Positions 12,901 through 30,488 of a stretch of DNA of 64,000 bases are shown here, piece after piece. Position numbers and translations under genes: made by a program. The notes below the pieces were generated by a model, which was not told where the DNA came from, did no database searches, and worked only from the letters and a program-made list of their open reading frames with translations. Within the stretch, counting starts at the first letter, position 1. Each line of letters begins with the position of its first letter. Source of the DNA: the human T2T-CHM13v2.0 reference genome, Homo sapiens; NCBI RefSeq assembly GCF_009914755.1, contig NC_060928.1; one strand, given 5' to 3'.

Positions 12901-14539
12901 TGAACTATCCAGTTGAATAAAAGCTTACAAGTTTATTATAAGTGCCCAGAAGGACACCCTCACCTTTCTTTATGCAGATATACACATGGCCAAGATTATC
13001 TTCTTTGTTTATGTTACTGTTACCAGTTTTGAGGAGCAGTGTCTCTAGCTATGTAATCACGACTGCTAGTAAACAGACAAGGGTAAGAAGCTCTGCCCTT
13101 GGGTACCAACTTTTCTCACTAAGAGCCTTAGAAATTTTTTAAAAAATAAATAAATTAGGATTTAGTATAAAATCTTTAAATCTTTTCCCTTAATAGCTGA
13201 TCAAAAAAAAAACAAAAACAAAAACAAAAACAAAAAAAACTGGAGGTATTTGGCTGACTTCAACATCAGTTTCCTCTAGGTTATTTTAGTAGTAAATTCT
13301 CTCCACCTCTCTACACACCCAGGCAGTAAGCAGTGATTTTCTCAGCATGTTTGTGATGATGCAGAGTCCACTGTCTCACTTACCCCACTGGAGATCACGC
13401 TGGCTAATGGAATGAAAAGATGATGTAATGAATCTATGGCTGAGCCCCCATCAGCCTCTAAAACTGCTCAGCTCAGGACAAACTTTCCTCTGCTGCGTGC
13501 AACTTACTCAAAAGCGATAACTCTATTATAATAATGGGATTAGTTGAAAATACAGTCTTCTATTCTTAATATAGCACATAATTCCCACGAAAATCTTATA
13601 GTCAAAATGTCAATGAATAGCGAGAAATCCTCTGGTCAAACAAAATACTACACATTTGTAAAACTTTCTTCTATAGAAGCTGTTCTACACTGAAAGCAGA
13701 CGCTGTTAAAGCCTAACTGCTCTTCAAAACAGTAGAAAAAATTCACAACCAAAATGAACAAATAATATGTCATTATCAGAAGAAAAATGTCTTGGCCTCA
13801 TATTAGTTTACTGTGACTTTGAAGGTCATGTGTTTAGAGTTATTTTTTTCCATATGTAGCAATACATTTGTACCAATCCATCTACATGGCATTGTACCCT
13901 TTAAGTAACACAAAGAATAAGGAAATGCAGTGATCAAAGTCATAACTGAATAAATTTATTCACAGCCAAATGGCTAGGCACTGTATCATAAGCTAAAATA
14001 ACATCCTTTCACAAACAACTATCATACATTATGGGAAATTCATTAAGAGATATTCAGTGGTAGTGGTATTTTTTGGAAGGGGTGGGGGTCATTTGAAGGT
14101 ATATTTTTTCTCAGAGCAGTCCAAGAAATCTGGCCATCCCTACTCCTAAACTGACCCAAAAAGTAAATTCAAATCAGGAAGGCAAAGGCTAACCAACACA
14201 GAACCATAATACCACAATACTGTTGTTTGGATACATCGCGATTAGAGACATCTCGTAATTAGTTTAGACACCAGGATTTCTCCTCATATAATGGAAAACA
14301 TGCCTTAAGATGCTGAATGAAAAAAGTGCATCCCACAGCCCAGAAACACTACATACTATAATACATCCCATTCTTATACATTAACAATATATGTCAACAT
14401 GCAAAATACTCCCAGTTTTACAGAAACTAGTTAAATTTTTCTGATTAATTTATCCCCCAAAGTGATTTCATAATACAATCCTCTTTTCATCAAACAGTTG
14501 TTAACAAATTCAGGAAATAAGCCAATTTAGACCCAAACA

Positions 14540-15740
14540 AATATATAATTATATATACATTATATATAATGTATAATGTATTATATAATGTATATATTAT
14601 ATAATGTATATATACATATAATGTATAAGTATATAAAATTATATCTAATGTATAATTATATAATACATTATGTAATACATTCTGTATTATATAATCATAT
14701 ATAATGTAAAATTATATATACAGAATTATATAATTATATATACTATATATAATGTATTATATACATACATATATACACATACATGTATATAATGTATAAT
14801 TCTATGTACATTATATATAATGTGTAATTCTATGTACATTATATGCGTAATTATATGTACATTATATATAATGTGCATTATATATAATGTGCAATATATG
14901 TATATAATGTAAAATATATAATGTAAAATATAATGTATGTATAATATGTAATGTACATATAATTATACATTATATAATTATATATAATTTTATATAATGT
15001 ATATATTGTATACATATATACATAATATATACAATATATACATTATAAAACGTATATAATTATACATTATATAATGTATAGTTATATATACATTATATAT
15101 ACATGATTATTCATTATATATTCATGAAAATTTGAATATATATTATGAATATATATTTGAATATACATTATTCAAATATGAATTCAAAATAAATTTGTAT
15201 ATTATATTATATATTACATAATATATACTAAATATATTATATAATATATACTAAATATATTATATAATATATACTAAATATATTATATAATATATACTAA
15301 ATATATTATATAATATATACTAAATATATTATATAATATATACTAAATATATTATATAATATATACTAAATATATAATATATAATTAATATATAATTATA
15401 TATAATGTATATATAATGTATAATCATGTGTGTATAATGTACATATAATCATGTACATATAATGTATATAGTAATGTATACATATATGCATTATATATAA
15501 TGTATATAGTAATGTATACATATATGCATTATATATAATGTATATAGTAATGTATACATATATGCATTATATATAATGTATATAGTAATGTATACATATA
15601 TGCATTATATATAATGTATATAGTAATGTATACATATATGCATTATATATAATGTGCATGTATGTATATATGACTGATACATATATATGCATATATATAA
15701 TGTATATATATGACTGACTATATATATATATATATTTATT
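14540..15740. repeat. About 1.2-kb AT-rich tract with 23-bp (6+ copies, 15221-15375) and 38-bp (5 copies, 15461-15650) minisatellites
   Basis: Units atatatactaaatatattatata and aatgtatatagtaatgtatacatatatgcattatatat counted directly. Confidence 0.95.
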
Positions 15741-16165
15741 TATCGCCAAGGCAAATTAATAGTTTCTTTGGAACACACGCAAGAAATTAATTTCAGAGCT
15801 TATTTTGGAAGTTCCATTTTACATCAGGGCTTTATCATACACAGAAAGCAGGTGACTATGGCACTTCCCATTTATATGTAGACTAACTCAATAGGCCCAT
15901 GTGGGCAGAGCCTCATTCTCTCAACTCAATTCTAAAATGTAAAGACTAAAATAGTGTTACTATTTCAACTATTAATCACAAACATCTTAGCAAAGCTTAG
16001 TGTAATAAGTATTTTCTTTCTAATCCTTCCTGAACTTTTATCATCCAGTTTAGCAAAGTATTAACTAGGACAACTACATATGCATGCAACCAAACCTTTT
16101 AGATGATGATGGAAGAGTCCCACTATATTCTGAATGCTTTCTCAATCCTTTGATTACTAATCCTG

Positions 16166-16396
<231 letters not shown>

Positions 16397-17450
16397 CTAC
16401 TAATCCTGTTTTTAAATTACGCAAAGAACGATACTGCTATCAATCTTCAAATGAGTTTTCTACCCTTAACCTGCCAATTATTCACAGAAACTAAGTCACG
16501 GCCACCGCCTAGAGCTTACTGCAAGATTGTCAAAAGACAAGCAATGCCAATTTTCGATTGTATTCTTTTTATAAATTCAGAATTCTCCAAATTGTATCAC
16601 ATACCTCATCACCATAAAAAGATAGCCCCAAAAATTGTTTCTTGATGGCATATCCTTGGCAAAGCAGAAAAATCTAATTTGGATAATTTCCTTCAATTAT
16701 ACTCCTCCCCAACTTTTAGATTATATATTAAAGAAGGCTTTTTAAATGGTAAGTTTTAAAACATTTTTAAGAAAGTCCAATTTCAATATTATCAGCCTTT
16801 ATTGAATAAGGTCCTCCTGGCATGAGCCAAATACTATATACTAAAGATTTGACACAAAAGATGACCATAGAAGTTCTCTTGCCCTCAACGAGTTAGAAAG
16901 TAGGTTTCCCTATTTCTTTTAATCACCTTCCACTTAACTCTATGCCCATTTAACTGGCATTTTGAGGATTCATGGAAGTAGCTACTTGCTTTACATTTTT
17001 AAGCACAGAGTCAACAGAGGTACATTCCAATACACCAAAACCATACATACCAGGAAAAATTCTTAGTAAATCTCACAAAATATTGCTATTTAGATATGGA
17101 TCTGAATAAAATGTTACTTAATATAGAATGAAGTTCGGATTTAACTAGAAATATTATGCAATTGATGAGAATTAAATGGTCTGGCTAAACAAAATTCTTC
17201 AATTACTCATTTGTAGGAAAAAAGTACACATGTATGAATTATTCCTCATATTGACAGTTTTAAATATCTCCAAAATTATTAAACTGGTATCCAGAATTAC
17301 CATAAGGAAAAAAAAGAAATTGGCAATTTTTTCTATACAAATGTCAAATACCACATCAATCCTAGAACCTTCTACAGCCCCCACAGATTTCAGCTTTTCA
17401 GAGTCTTCTCTTTTCTGGAGTTTAGAAAAGAGACTGAAAGGTTTTAGGTA

Positions 17451-17766
17451 GGCTGGGTAAGGTGGCTCACATCTGTAATCCCAACACTCTGGGGGGCCCA
17501 GGTGGAGGACTGCTTGAGCCCAGGAGTTTGAGACCAGCCTGGACAACATGGCAAAACCCTCATCTCTACAAAAAAATACAAAAAAAAAAAAAAAAAAAAA
17601 TTGCCAGGTGTGGTGGCAGCCGCTTGCAGTTCCAGCTACTCAGGAGGATGAGGTGGGAGGATCAACGGGGCCCAGGAAGTCGAGGCCGCAGTGAGCCATG
17701 AATGCGCCACTGCACTCCTGCCTGAGTGACAGTGAGACCTTCATAAATAAATAAATAAATAAATAA
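17451..17766 (+). mobile_element. AluJ with (TAAA)n tail
   Basis: Full Alu body; TSD aaggttttaggta. Confidence 0.92.
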
Positions 17767-18059
17767 GAAAATCAAGGTTTTAGGTAGAAGGAAAGTTGCT
17801 TTTACATCTGTTATGTAATTACCACCACACATGAAATATAAACAAGAAAAAAAAAACAGTTGTAACAATCACTTCATATTTTTCTTTGAAACCTCATTAA
17901 ATACCACAACAAAATGCTAACAGTAACTACCTATAGCATTGACTAACTTCTTGATATACTTACTTCTTTCTTCTATTTACTTACGCCTTCCTATATTTCT
18001 CAAATTTTCTTCAAAAAATGTTTTAACATTTTTAAACTTTACTACAAAAAGGAAGCAGG

Positions 18060-18358
18060 GGCCAGGTGCAGTGGCTCACGCCTGTAATCCCAACACTTTG
18101 GGAAGCCAAGGTGGGTGGATTGCTTGAGGCCAGGAGATCAAGATCAGCCTAGACAACATGGTGAAACCCTGTCTCTACTGAAAATACAAAAATTAGCCAG
18201 GCATAGTGGTGTGCGCTTGTAGTCCCAGCTACTCGGGAGGCTGAGACACAAGAATTACTGGAACCCCGGAGGCGGAGGTTGCAGGGAGCCAAGATCGCAT
18301 CACGGCACTCCAGTCACTGGGCAACTAAGTGAGACTCTTGTCTCAAAACAAAAAAAAA
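18060..18358 (+). mobile_element. Full-length Alu (old S/J)
   Basis: Full Alu body with A tail running into a purine tract. Confidence 0.92.
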
Positions 18359-18578
18359 GAGAGAGAAGGAGAAGGAGAAGAAGGAGAAGAAGGAGAAGAG
18401 GGAGAAGAGGGAGAAGAGGGAGAAGAGGGAGAAGAGGGAGAAGAGGGAGAAGAGGAAGAGGAAGAGGAAGAGGAAGAGGAAGAAGAAGAAGAAGAAGAAG
18501 AAGAAGAAGAAGAAGAAGAAGAAGAAGAAGAAGAAGAAGAAAGGAGGAGGAGGAAGCAGCAGCAGCAGCAGCAGCAGG
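18359..18578. repeat. Compound purine repeat: 9-mer GGAGAAGAR array, (GAGGAA)n, (GAA)21, then a short CAG run
   Basis: Read directly; (GAA)21 at 18479-18541. Confidence 0.95.
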
Positions 18579-18579
18579 G

Positions 18580-19780
18580 CTCCTTGGAGAAATTCTAGGA
18601 CACAGGCAGAAAATATACAAGATAAGCCTGGAGCATCTTGGAGTATCAGAAACAAAGAAAGTAGAGAAGGTAGAGAAAGACAAGGGCTCAAAAAATAAAA
18701 CAATGTGGTATGTCAGATACAGGGGCCAACTGAAAGAGCTCTTAATGGTCAAAGCTGAAACAAATTTGAGCAACACAATAAACAACATAGGTTCATATTG
18801 ATATAAATGAATGACTGAAGAAGTAAATAAACAGGGGAGAACAGAAAAAGTTTTCATTGTATGGGAAAGGAGTTAACCTAGCAGGCCTGACTGCTATCCT
18901 TTGAAAGGCCTTACAAGGTTGGCCCTTGGCTGGCATCTGAGAAATTAGATTTTGGGAGGGACCCACCACTCCCAGAACTGGTTAAGAGTGGCTCCACTAT
19001 GCCTAAACTGTTTGTATAAATAATACAATTTACATCAAACACCTGCTTTCCTCCTGGGCATCTAAAATTTGAGTTTATGCCAGGTAAGGGGGTGCCCACA
19101 TGAATAGCTCCAATAAAAACCCTGAGCACTGTCTCTAATGAGCTTCCAGGGTTGGCACCATTTCACCTGTGGTGTGATAGTTCATTCCTAGGGAAATAAA
19201 AACAGGAAGAAATGGGTAATTTCATTATGGAGAAACCTGACAAACACTACCTCAGCCAGGAGATCAAGGTTAACATTATCAGTGATAAGTCATTTTAATA
19301 CTACAGACTCTTGATAATGATGTGATGAGAATGGCACTTAATCTGTATTCTTCTTCCCAAAAACCTTTAAGCCCAGTCTAACCATTATAAAGAAAAAACA
19401 TGAGACAAATCCAAATTGAGGGACAGTATACAAAATACCCAACCAATAATCCAACATTATCAAGATCATTAAAAACAAGGAAAATCTGAGAAATTGTCAC
19501 AGTCTAGAGGAGCCTAAGGAAATGTGGCAACTGAATGTAAAGTGGTTTCTTGAAGCAGAAAAAGGACAATAGATAAAAATAAGACAAATTCAAATAAAAT
19601 ATGAGCTTTTGTAAATAATAATGCATCAACATTGGTTTATTAGCTGTAAACAGTGTACAACAATGTAAAATAGTAACAGCAGTGGAAACTGATTGTAGAG
19701 TACACATAAACTCTTTGTACTATCCCTGCAACTTTTCTATAAATCTAAAAGTATTCCGAAATAAAAAGTTTGTTAAAAAA
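18580..19780 (+). mobile_element. L1MC-type 3' region, interrupted by an LTR fragment
   Basis: ggagaaacctgacaaacactacctcagccagg...caaggttaacat and ttttctataaatctaaaa...aaataaaaagttt are typical L1MC 3'UTR motifs. Confidence 0.75.
18858..19198 (+). mobile_element. ERVL-class LTR fragment (LTR47-like)
   Basis: Starts with TG; gagttaac..agcaggcctga..ctgctatcct..gaaaggcc..caaggttggcccttggctggcatctg; aataaaaaccctg. Family name from recall. Confidence 0.6.
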
Positions 19781-20728
19781 AATTTCATTTTCAAGACTTC
19801 TACTTCTAGCCCTGAGGGAGTAACTGGAATTGGGCTTATTCTCCTACCATAAATAATTACAACATTGTACAAAGTATATGATCAAGGTTTTCAGACATGA
19901 CAAAGGAGAATGATGACCCCTGAGAGATAAGAGACAAATAAGAGGAACACTACAAGCACCTCAACTTCTGCCTAAGGGCACTTTCAGGACTACAGTACAG
20001 GAAGGGATCCCATGAAGTCCCACAAACCACAGTAGAGGTCCCCATTAAATACTGAGGGCATTCTGTAGATTCTCCAGAAGGTCATGCCTCATAATGGGGC
20101 TAGCAACTATCTAAGCACTCCTTAAAGTAGTTTCAAAGACTCCAAAACAATCCTCTAAACCAAGCTGCAAAGGATCAAGCTGATCTGCAAGTAACTGCCT
20201 TCCAAAACAAACAACACTCTTTAAAATAATGTGACAAAATCCAGCACTCAGCGATGTCACAAATGGCAACATCCAATTGAAATGTATTAAATGTGTCAAG
20301 GAGTAGGAAAATGTGTCCTATAAAACCAGTCAATAGAGTAGACCTAGAAATGACAGAGATGACAGAATTGATAGGTTCTTTAAATGGCAATTATAAGTAA
20401 GTTCCAGGATGTAAAGGAAAAAATAAATACAATGAAGAAGAAATAGAAAATAAAAGACTCAAATAAAATGGAGAAAGAAAAACACAGTATCTAAAACAAT
20501 AAATTCACTATGTAGAACTAACAGAGGATAAGATGCTGCCAAAGAAAAAATCAGTAAACTTGGAGAAATGGATATAGAAACTCTCCAAAGTGAAGCACTG
20601 ACAACTAAACATAATGAAACAAACAAACAAAAATGAACCTAGACTCAGTGATTTATGGAACAGCAGCAAATGGTCTAATATATATGGAATTGGAATCTCA
20701 GAAGGAGTGAATGGAAAATATTAATTGA

Positions 20729-21005
20729 GGACAGGCACAGTGGCTGACACGTGTAATCCCCAACACTTCAGGAAGCCAAGGCGGGAACACTGCTTGAAGC
20801 CAAGAGTTCACGGCCAGCCTGGGCAACATAGTGAGACTTTGTCTCTATAAACAAATTTAAAAATTAGGACCTGTAGCCCTAGCTAGTCAGGAGGCTAAGG
20901 CAGGAGGACCATTTGAGCCTAGGAGTTTGACGTTACTGTGAGCTACTACCTGCAGCCTGGGCAACAGAGCGAGACCCTGTCTCTAAAAAAAATAACAATA
21001 ACAAT
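20729..21005 (+). mobile_element. AluJ (internally deleted)
   Basis: Diverged Alu body and tail. Confidence 0.85.
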
Positions 21006-21215
21006 AATATTTTTTAAATAAAGTAAATTTAGAAAATAAAATATTATTCGAAAAAATAATGATCAAAAAATTTCTAAAATTGACTGGCTAAACCCACAAA
21101 TCCAAAAATCTCAAGCAAAAGTAAACAACTACCCAAAGAAAAAGCATGCTAAGGTGCACCATAATCAAACTGCTGAAAACCAGTGATAGAGAAAGAATCT
21201 TAAAAGCAAGAAATT

Positions 21216-21354
21216 AGCCAGCACAGTGGCGCGTGCATGTAATCCCAGCACTTTGGGAGGCCAAGGTGGGCAGATCAATTGAGCCCAGGAGTTTGAGACC
21301 AGCCTTGGCAACATAGCAAGATCTCATCTCTTGAAGAAAAAAAAAAAAAAAAAA
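21216..21354 (+). mobile_element. FLAM/Alu left monomer
   Basis: Monomer with A tail; TSD aaaagcargaaatt. Confidence 0.85.
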
Positions 21355-22152
21355 GCAGGAAATTATACAAGGCAGAAGTTAGAATGACATCAATGAAAAG
21401 CTTAAAGCATAAAACTACTGACCCAGAATTCTATATCCAGTAAAAATATCTTTCAAATATAATAGGAAAGTAAAAATGTTTCCAAGACAGACAAAAGCTA
21501 AAAGACTTTGTCACCAACAAATCTGCACTACAAAAAATAAAAAAGAAGTTCTTCAGGTGGAAAGAAAATCATGCAAGATGAAAACTTGAATCTATACAAA
21601 TGAATGAAGAATGTCAGAAACAGTAAATGTGTAGTTAAAATACTTTTTGTTTCTCATTTTAAATGTCCTTTCAAAGTTAATTAACTATTTAAAGTAAAAG
21701 TAATTAACAATGAACATTTGGGTTTATAATATATGTAGAAATAAAACAAGTGACTACAATAGCACATAGGAGGACAAACAGAAGTATAAGGTTTCAGGTT
21801 CTTATATTATATGTAAAATGTTATCCTACTATTTGAAAGTAGGCTGTGAGAAGTTGAAATTCATTTTATAAACCCCAGAACAGCTACTTTTTAATTAAAT
21901 ATATAATTAAATTAATTTAATTTAATTTATATATACATAAAATAAGCCAAGAATAGAATAAATTAGAATACTAAAAACTACACAATTAATCCAAAAGAAA
22001 GAAAAGCGGGTGGGGAAAGAAAACACAACAGATAGGACAAAAAGGAAACAAACAGCAAGACAGATTTAAACCCAAACATGTCGGTGGTTACCTTCAATAC
22101 AAGTGATCTAAAAACTGCAAAGAATAATTGAGTAAATAAAAGAGATCCCCCT

Positions 22153-22467
<315 letters not shown>

Positions 22468-24523
22468 TTACGAACTGTGATGAAGTGCTGTGAAGGCAGT
22501 GAAGGGGATATACTCACAGAGGAAACCAGAGGGAGCCTGAGATAGGGTGGTCAGGGAAGGCCACTCTGTGGGAACAACATCAAACATGAAACTGTTCAGC
22601 AGGTGGGTATTCTTCTGAAGAATGAATCTTTATGCTCAAGCCCAAAAAGAAAAAAGGATAAAAGCAAAGGAACTCTGGCTGACCACGGTTAAAGTGCCAG
22701 AGTCCTATCCACTGGGCTCTTCCATTTACCTGAAATGATTCTCAGAGAACATCTGAAATACTCAGAGGGCTCCAGGAAATATTAAAGTAGATACTGAAAT
22801 GCCCAAGAAGGGTTTTGAGATCAGAACAAGATCAGACAGGCCACTTGACTGGTTAGGTGGCGAGGGGACTTGCAGAGGACACAGTGGAAGTCAATGGGCT
22901 ATTTAAATTGCTGAGGTGAAAGACAATTACTTTAAAAGAAAATAGTACACTGATAGTAATTAGGAAGAAGGCAGTAAGAATGAAAATAAGGAAACAGATT
23001 TCCAATTTTTCCTGCTAGATATTTCCTGATGTATTTGGTGACTAACAAAATGGAAAAACATAAGTAAAGTTAAAATATTCAAAGGTGACCCCCAGGCTTA
23101 GCGGACTCAGTAGAAGGTCATGCTGAATGTGGAATAGCCCGGTATGGGTCACATAAAGAAGAGTCTAGGCTATATATTAATAAATCTAAAATACAAAGGG
23201 ATGAAAGTACTAGACAGCAGAGAAGTAGACAGATTACCAGTCCCACATAGCTCTCACGGCATCTTGTTTATTTATGAAGGGGAAAAGTGAATTATTTTCA
23301 AGTGCTTGCTAGCCAACAATAACCACACTTAATGAATTCAGCTGAACTGAGGAAAAAGAAAGCAGTAAAGAGACAATAATTCAAATATAGCAGTATCAAA
23401 GGTAAACAAAATAAACCACTCAATAATGAAGAGAATCTGTTGCTGAAACAGTTGGACCAGAATTCTGCCTAGAATTCTAAATAGAAAGGTTTCAGGTCAT
23501 GTCCAAATTAACTGCTTATATTTAGAAGTATAAATCAAGTTTCTAATCATAGCTATAAGTGGGTTTCTAAAAAAGGTAAGTTTTATACAAATGTTACAGA
23601 TTGGACCAGTGCAATAATATACTCATAAGTTAGCAACATAAAACCAGTAAGAAAGTATTTTAACTAAGCTCTGTAATTTGGGGTGTGGTTACCTATGCAG
23701 CAATTATATTGCTTGTGTAAGCCATAAGGTACAATTACTGTTACATTCCTGACACAGGTATTCATTAATAGCCCAATTTGTTCCTGGCTTTTGGTTTTAG
23801 TTCTTTTTATATATTTCACACATTTAAAAAACATTCCTCTGCTAGAATGAAACAGTCTAGAAGATCACACACCATACCAATTTCCTATCAAATTTGGCAC
23901 AGTGCTAGATGATATTATTTATTCAAAGATAAAACATCTGCTCTTTCCAAATATATTTAAAAATCATTCTCAAGCTCCTTTGAAATAGAGATAGAAATAT
24001 TTAATTACTTGAAACAACAGTTTTTGAAGATATTGTTAATTAAAATCCAGATTTTAAAATTTCTATTCAAAAAGCTCCCAGTTACTGGATTTGTATTTTT
24101 ATAACATAATGCATATTTATTTTATTGTCTTGAAGCTGGAATTATTAATACCAACATAGTTTCACTGACAATACAGGTTATACAGATGCTTAGGGAAGAA
24201 AGGGGTATCTGCCATCAAAATTGGCTAGTCCTAATGGAACAGAACGAGTAAAATTCTATGAATCACCCATAGTGTGAATATAGCAGAGCTGTTTTGAGCA
24301 TGAAGTAGGTACTATTAATAATGATGCCAGAAAAGAGACTTAAACTGCAACTACCCAGGGTGTACGGAGACCTCTTACAGTCACCTTCTCCATGAAGCAC
24401 TCATCACAAAGTAAAGGCTCACTATTTACTGCCAAAACTTGCCTTGTTTCCTAAATTGTCAGTAGTAAACTACATTTTCAATCAACTATAGGTTCTTTAC
24501 CATTAAAGCCACCTTTGATATCA

Positions 24524-24996
<473 letters not shown>

Positions 24997-26129
24997 TTAA
25001 AAGGAAAAGATGAAAAGATCATCCAGTAAAATTCAATGGGCAAGTCCAAAACATAGATAAATGTTTATGCATGGTTAACCTTAATCAAAATGCACTGTAT
25101 TCAAAGCAATTTAGAAAAAGCTAACTTCATAATCTTAATATTCCTTAAACCCCCACTCTAAACCTAGAAAACCAGAATCTATTGTTTAATAAGATCCCCT
25201 ACGTGATTCTTAAGCACGTCCAACTTTAAGGGCTACTTAACAGGAAATTTTGGAAGCCTAAGAAATAATAAAGAGAAATTTTCTGTATTGATTACAATGA
25301 ACGTTTCATAGTTTTTTTTTAAAGTTTCTTCATCAAGTTGACTAGAAATGTGCATCAGCTTATACTTCCTCTTGAGGACAGTGTAAGAGATCATCAAACG
25401 GCCCATTTAATCTTAACTCACTCTTTAGAAACACAAAAACCCATCAAAAGTCTAAGTAAAAGAACTAAGTATAAGAAGAATTTAGGTAAGATTACTATGA
25501 TTTACTTTGTAATAACTAAAATTATTTTGGATTGTTTAACAGTTTAAATAAGTCAGTGATGGCATGTTTGCTTTGCTAGATAGACTAATCCTCATCCTGA
25601 TTGCCATCTTTCTGCAAAGAATCATCTGAGATGGTCTAGGTTACCTTTACAGCTAATTTTTTTTAAAACAAAACAAAATGACTCAGATTAATAAATTTTA
25701 TTATTAAAATAAAACAAAGTATGTATTCTACCCCCATATGTAGCAGGATGGGGTGGGAGAGATGAGTGGAAGGCATGTAGGTATACCCTAGTGGACAATC
25801 CATTCCACTGAGGACAGGTCATTGAAGACAGGTCCATACAACAAAATAACTAATAAAAGCAACCACTTCAGAACTGCAAATCAGGATACTGGGCACATAC
25901 AGGAAATGTGTTAAGCCAACAATTGTTATCTCTAAAAAATAAAACATCCGGCCTTCCAAAAACAGTCACACAGAATCACAGAACCCCACCCCCTCGCTTT
26001 TTTTTTTTTGAACTGGAGAGATTTTAGCAATCATTTATCATAATCTCTTAAATTCCATGAGACAACTGAAGACCAAGGAAGATAAGCAATATAGTAGGAT
26101 CTCAAATCAAATTAATAAATATTTACTGA

Positions 26130-26558
<429 letters not shown>

Positions 26559-26593
26559 TGATGTTACCAATATTCTTTTCTGTGGTCTAGCTT

Positions 26594-26814
26594 AGGGGTT
26601 GGAAAACTGACCCCCAAGGCCAAATCTGGCCCAACAGCTGTTTTTTTAAATAAAGTTGTAGTAAAATGCAGCCACACACATTCACTCGCATATCATCTAG
26701 AACCACTTTGGCTCTACAAAGCCAGAGCTAAGTACCTGCGACAAAGACCTGTGGCCTGCAAAGCCTAAAATATTTACTATCTGGCCCTTTACAGAAAAGG
26801 TTTACTAACTGCTG
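26594..26814. mobile_element. MER58A DNA transposon
   Basis: ggccaaatctggccc...aataaagtt...gcaaagcctaaaatatttactatctggccctttacagaaaa. Confidence 0.88.
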
Positions 26815-26889
26815 TTCTAGATTGATCATCGTTTGCTTAATTTGAGGTGGTTTTTTTGTTTTTCTCTTTCCATTTTGAAACTAAGGCTG

Positions 26890-26973
26890 GAGATCGCATC
26901 ACTGCACTCCAGCCTAGGTGACAGAGCAACACTCCATCTCAAAAAATTAAAAAAAAAAAAAAAAAGAAAGAAA
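26890..26973 (+). mobile_element. Severely 5'-truncated Alu (about 50 bp plus tail)
   Basis: Alu 3' end, A tail and TSD gaaactaagrctgg on both sides. Confidence 0.88.
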
Positions 26974-28484
26974 GAAACTAAGACTGGTTTTGCCTAGGGA
27001 ACCATTGCCTACTGAGCAATGTGCTAGATGGTTTTGAAGGACAAGTCAGTGAGCTAAATATGGCAACTGACAGCACTTCTTGTTAACAAGTAAAAACTTG
27101 CTCTGGTACATGAAAGCTAGAGGACTCTTAACATTTATTTAACAAAGGTTTACTAACTGCTTAAGAAGTGCTTGCCACTGGGCTAAGCTCTGGGGTACCC
27201 ACAAAAGTCAGACCAACTCAGTCCTCAACCCACTATCTGGTAAAAAGAAACAATACTTTCATGTTAAATAGAATAATAACTGAGGCTAGGCGGTGAGGAA
27301 AACTTATTAACCCCAACGATAGTCATACAAGAGATTTCCACTCCCCTTGTAGATTCCAGTTTCAGGAAGTCACCAGAATTGGAGGCTTATTAACTATAGC
27401 TGCCTCAACCCAAAGGCCACAACTTGTATCTGGGTGGGGTTAACCCTTGGACTGAATATTGCTTCCTGAATTCCCTTTATAGCATTTGATTTTTGTTTAA
27501 CCTTTACAGTATATTCCTTTAGTTACATTTTAAACTTCAACTTAGCTTTATTCTTCTTAACCTATTCTACTCTTCTTTTTAAAACCGTATCTTTATTTTT
27601 TCAATATTTTGAGATAGACATTTTATTGTCTTATTCATCTTTTTACACCTTTATTATTTTAGTATGTTTTACTTGCTATTTATTTAGCGATACATTTACT
27701 TATCAATACATTTTTCTTATCTCCTTTGTTTCAATTATTTTACCTTAGATTCAATACTGCTTTCCTTTTGCTTCTTAAGTGAGGAATAAGCAGCTGTGAT
27801 CATCAAAACAGTCATCCACCAGGAAGGTGCAGCAACTGAACAATTAGAGCAGGTGCAGCCTCAGAGTGGAGCTGAGTTCTGGGAGCCCTACGGTGTGCCT
27901 CACCCTTTAGTTTATGAAACATATGGTGGTCCTGGGATGAGGGCAGGGGTATTTGAGCATCACGAGCAATTGGGGGAGGAGATTTAGTAGTGGCTAAATA
28001 TCAACTGATATGACAAATGGTAATATTTTAACAACCAGTGTCACCATACCAGTACATACTGGATATACACCAGTCTTGTGACTAGTATAATTTGCATTAT
28101 AATTTATAATAATATTATAAGGGTATATATATATAAAGGATATATATGTAAAATTATATTAAAGGGATATATATAATTTTTATTACATAAAAATTTTATT
28201 AAATAAAAATTATATATCTCATTAATTATGTATATCCTCTTTATATATCCCTTATATTATTATTAAACATATATTTAATACATAAACATTTTTAAAAGAT
28301 GGAGGAGACAGATGTATGTTTACTTCAATTAAGTTTCCTGCAAATTCTAAAAGCCAAGGAAATAAAGATCCTGACCCTAAATTTAACCATACTTAACTGC
28401 CCCAATTTTTAATAATATACATCCGTGTAACTTTGGGAGGCAGTCTAAAAAGACAGCTTTTAAAATAATTTTTTTACTGTCAAT

Positions 28485-29778
<1,294 letters not shown>

Positions 29779-29947
29779 TAAAAAGATACTTAAGAAGTGA
29801 TTAGACTAACTATAAAAATACCCAACAAAAACTACTGATATAGTACTGTTGCACGAACTTCTTAAAAAACCTTTGTATCTGAATCACACAATCATTTGGC
29901 AGTAGCTATATGGAAGACACACATTATGAACAAAAAAGGAAAGCTAG

Positions 29948-30488
<541 letters not shown>

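Larger units (their letters stand above)
19795..22130 (+). mobile_element. Ancient L1 5'/ORF1 remnant interrupted by Alus
   Basis: ORF1-like motifs (ataatcaaactgctgaaaaccagtgatagagaaagaatcttaaaagca; cagaattctatatccagtaaaaatatctttcaaa). Confidence 0.7.

Noticed and set aside
18300-18857. Long poly-Leu/Phe/Glu ORFs (185, 129 and 89 aa)
   Set aside because: Artefacts of the stop-free purine repeat plus Alu/L1 sequence.
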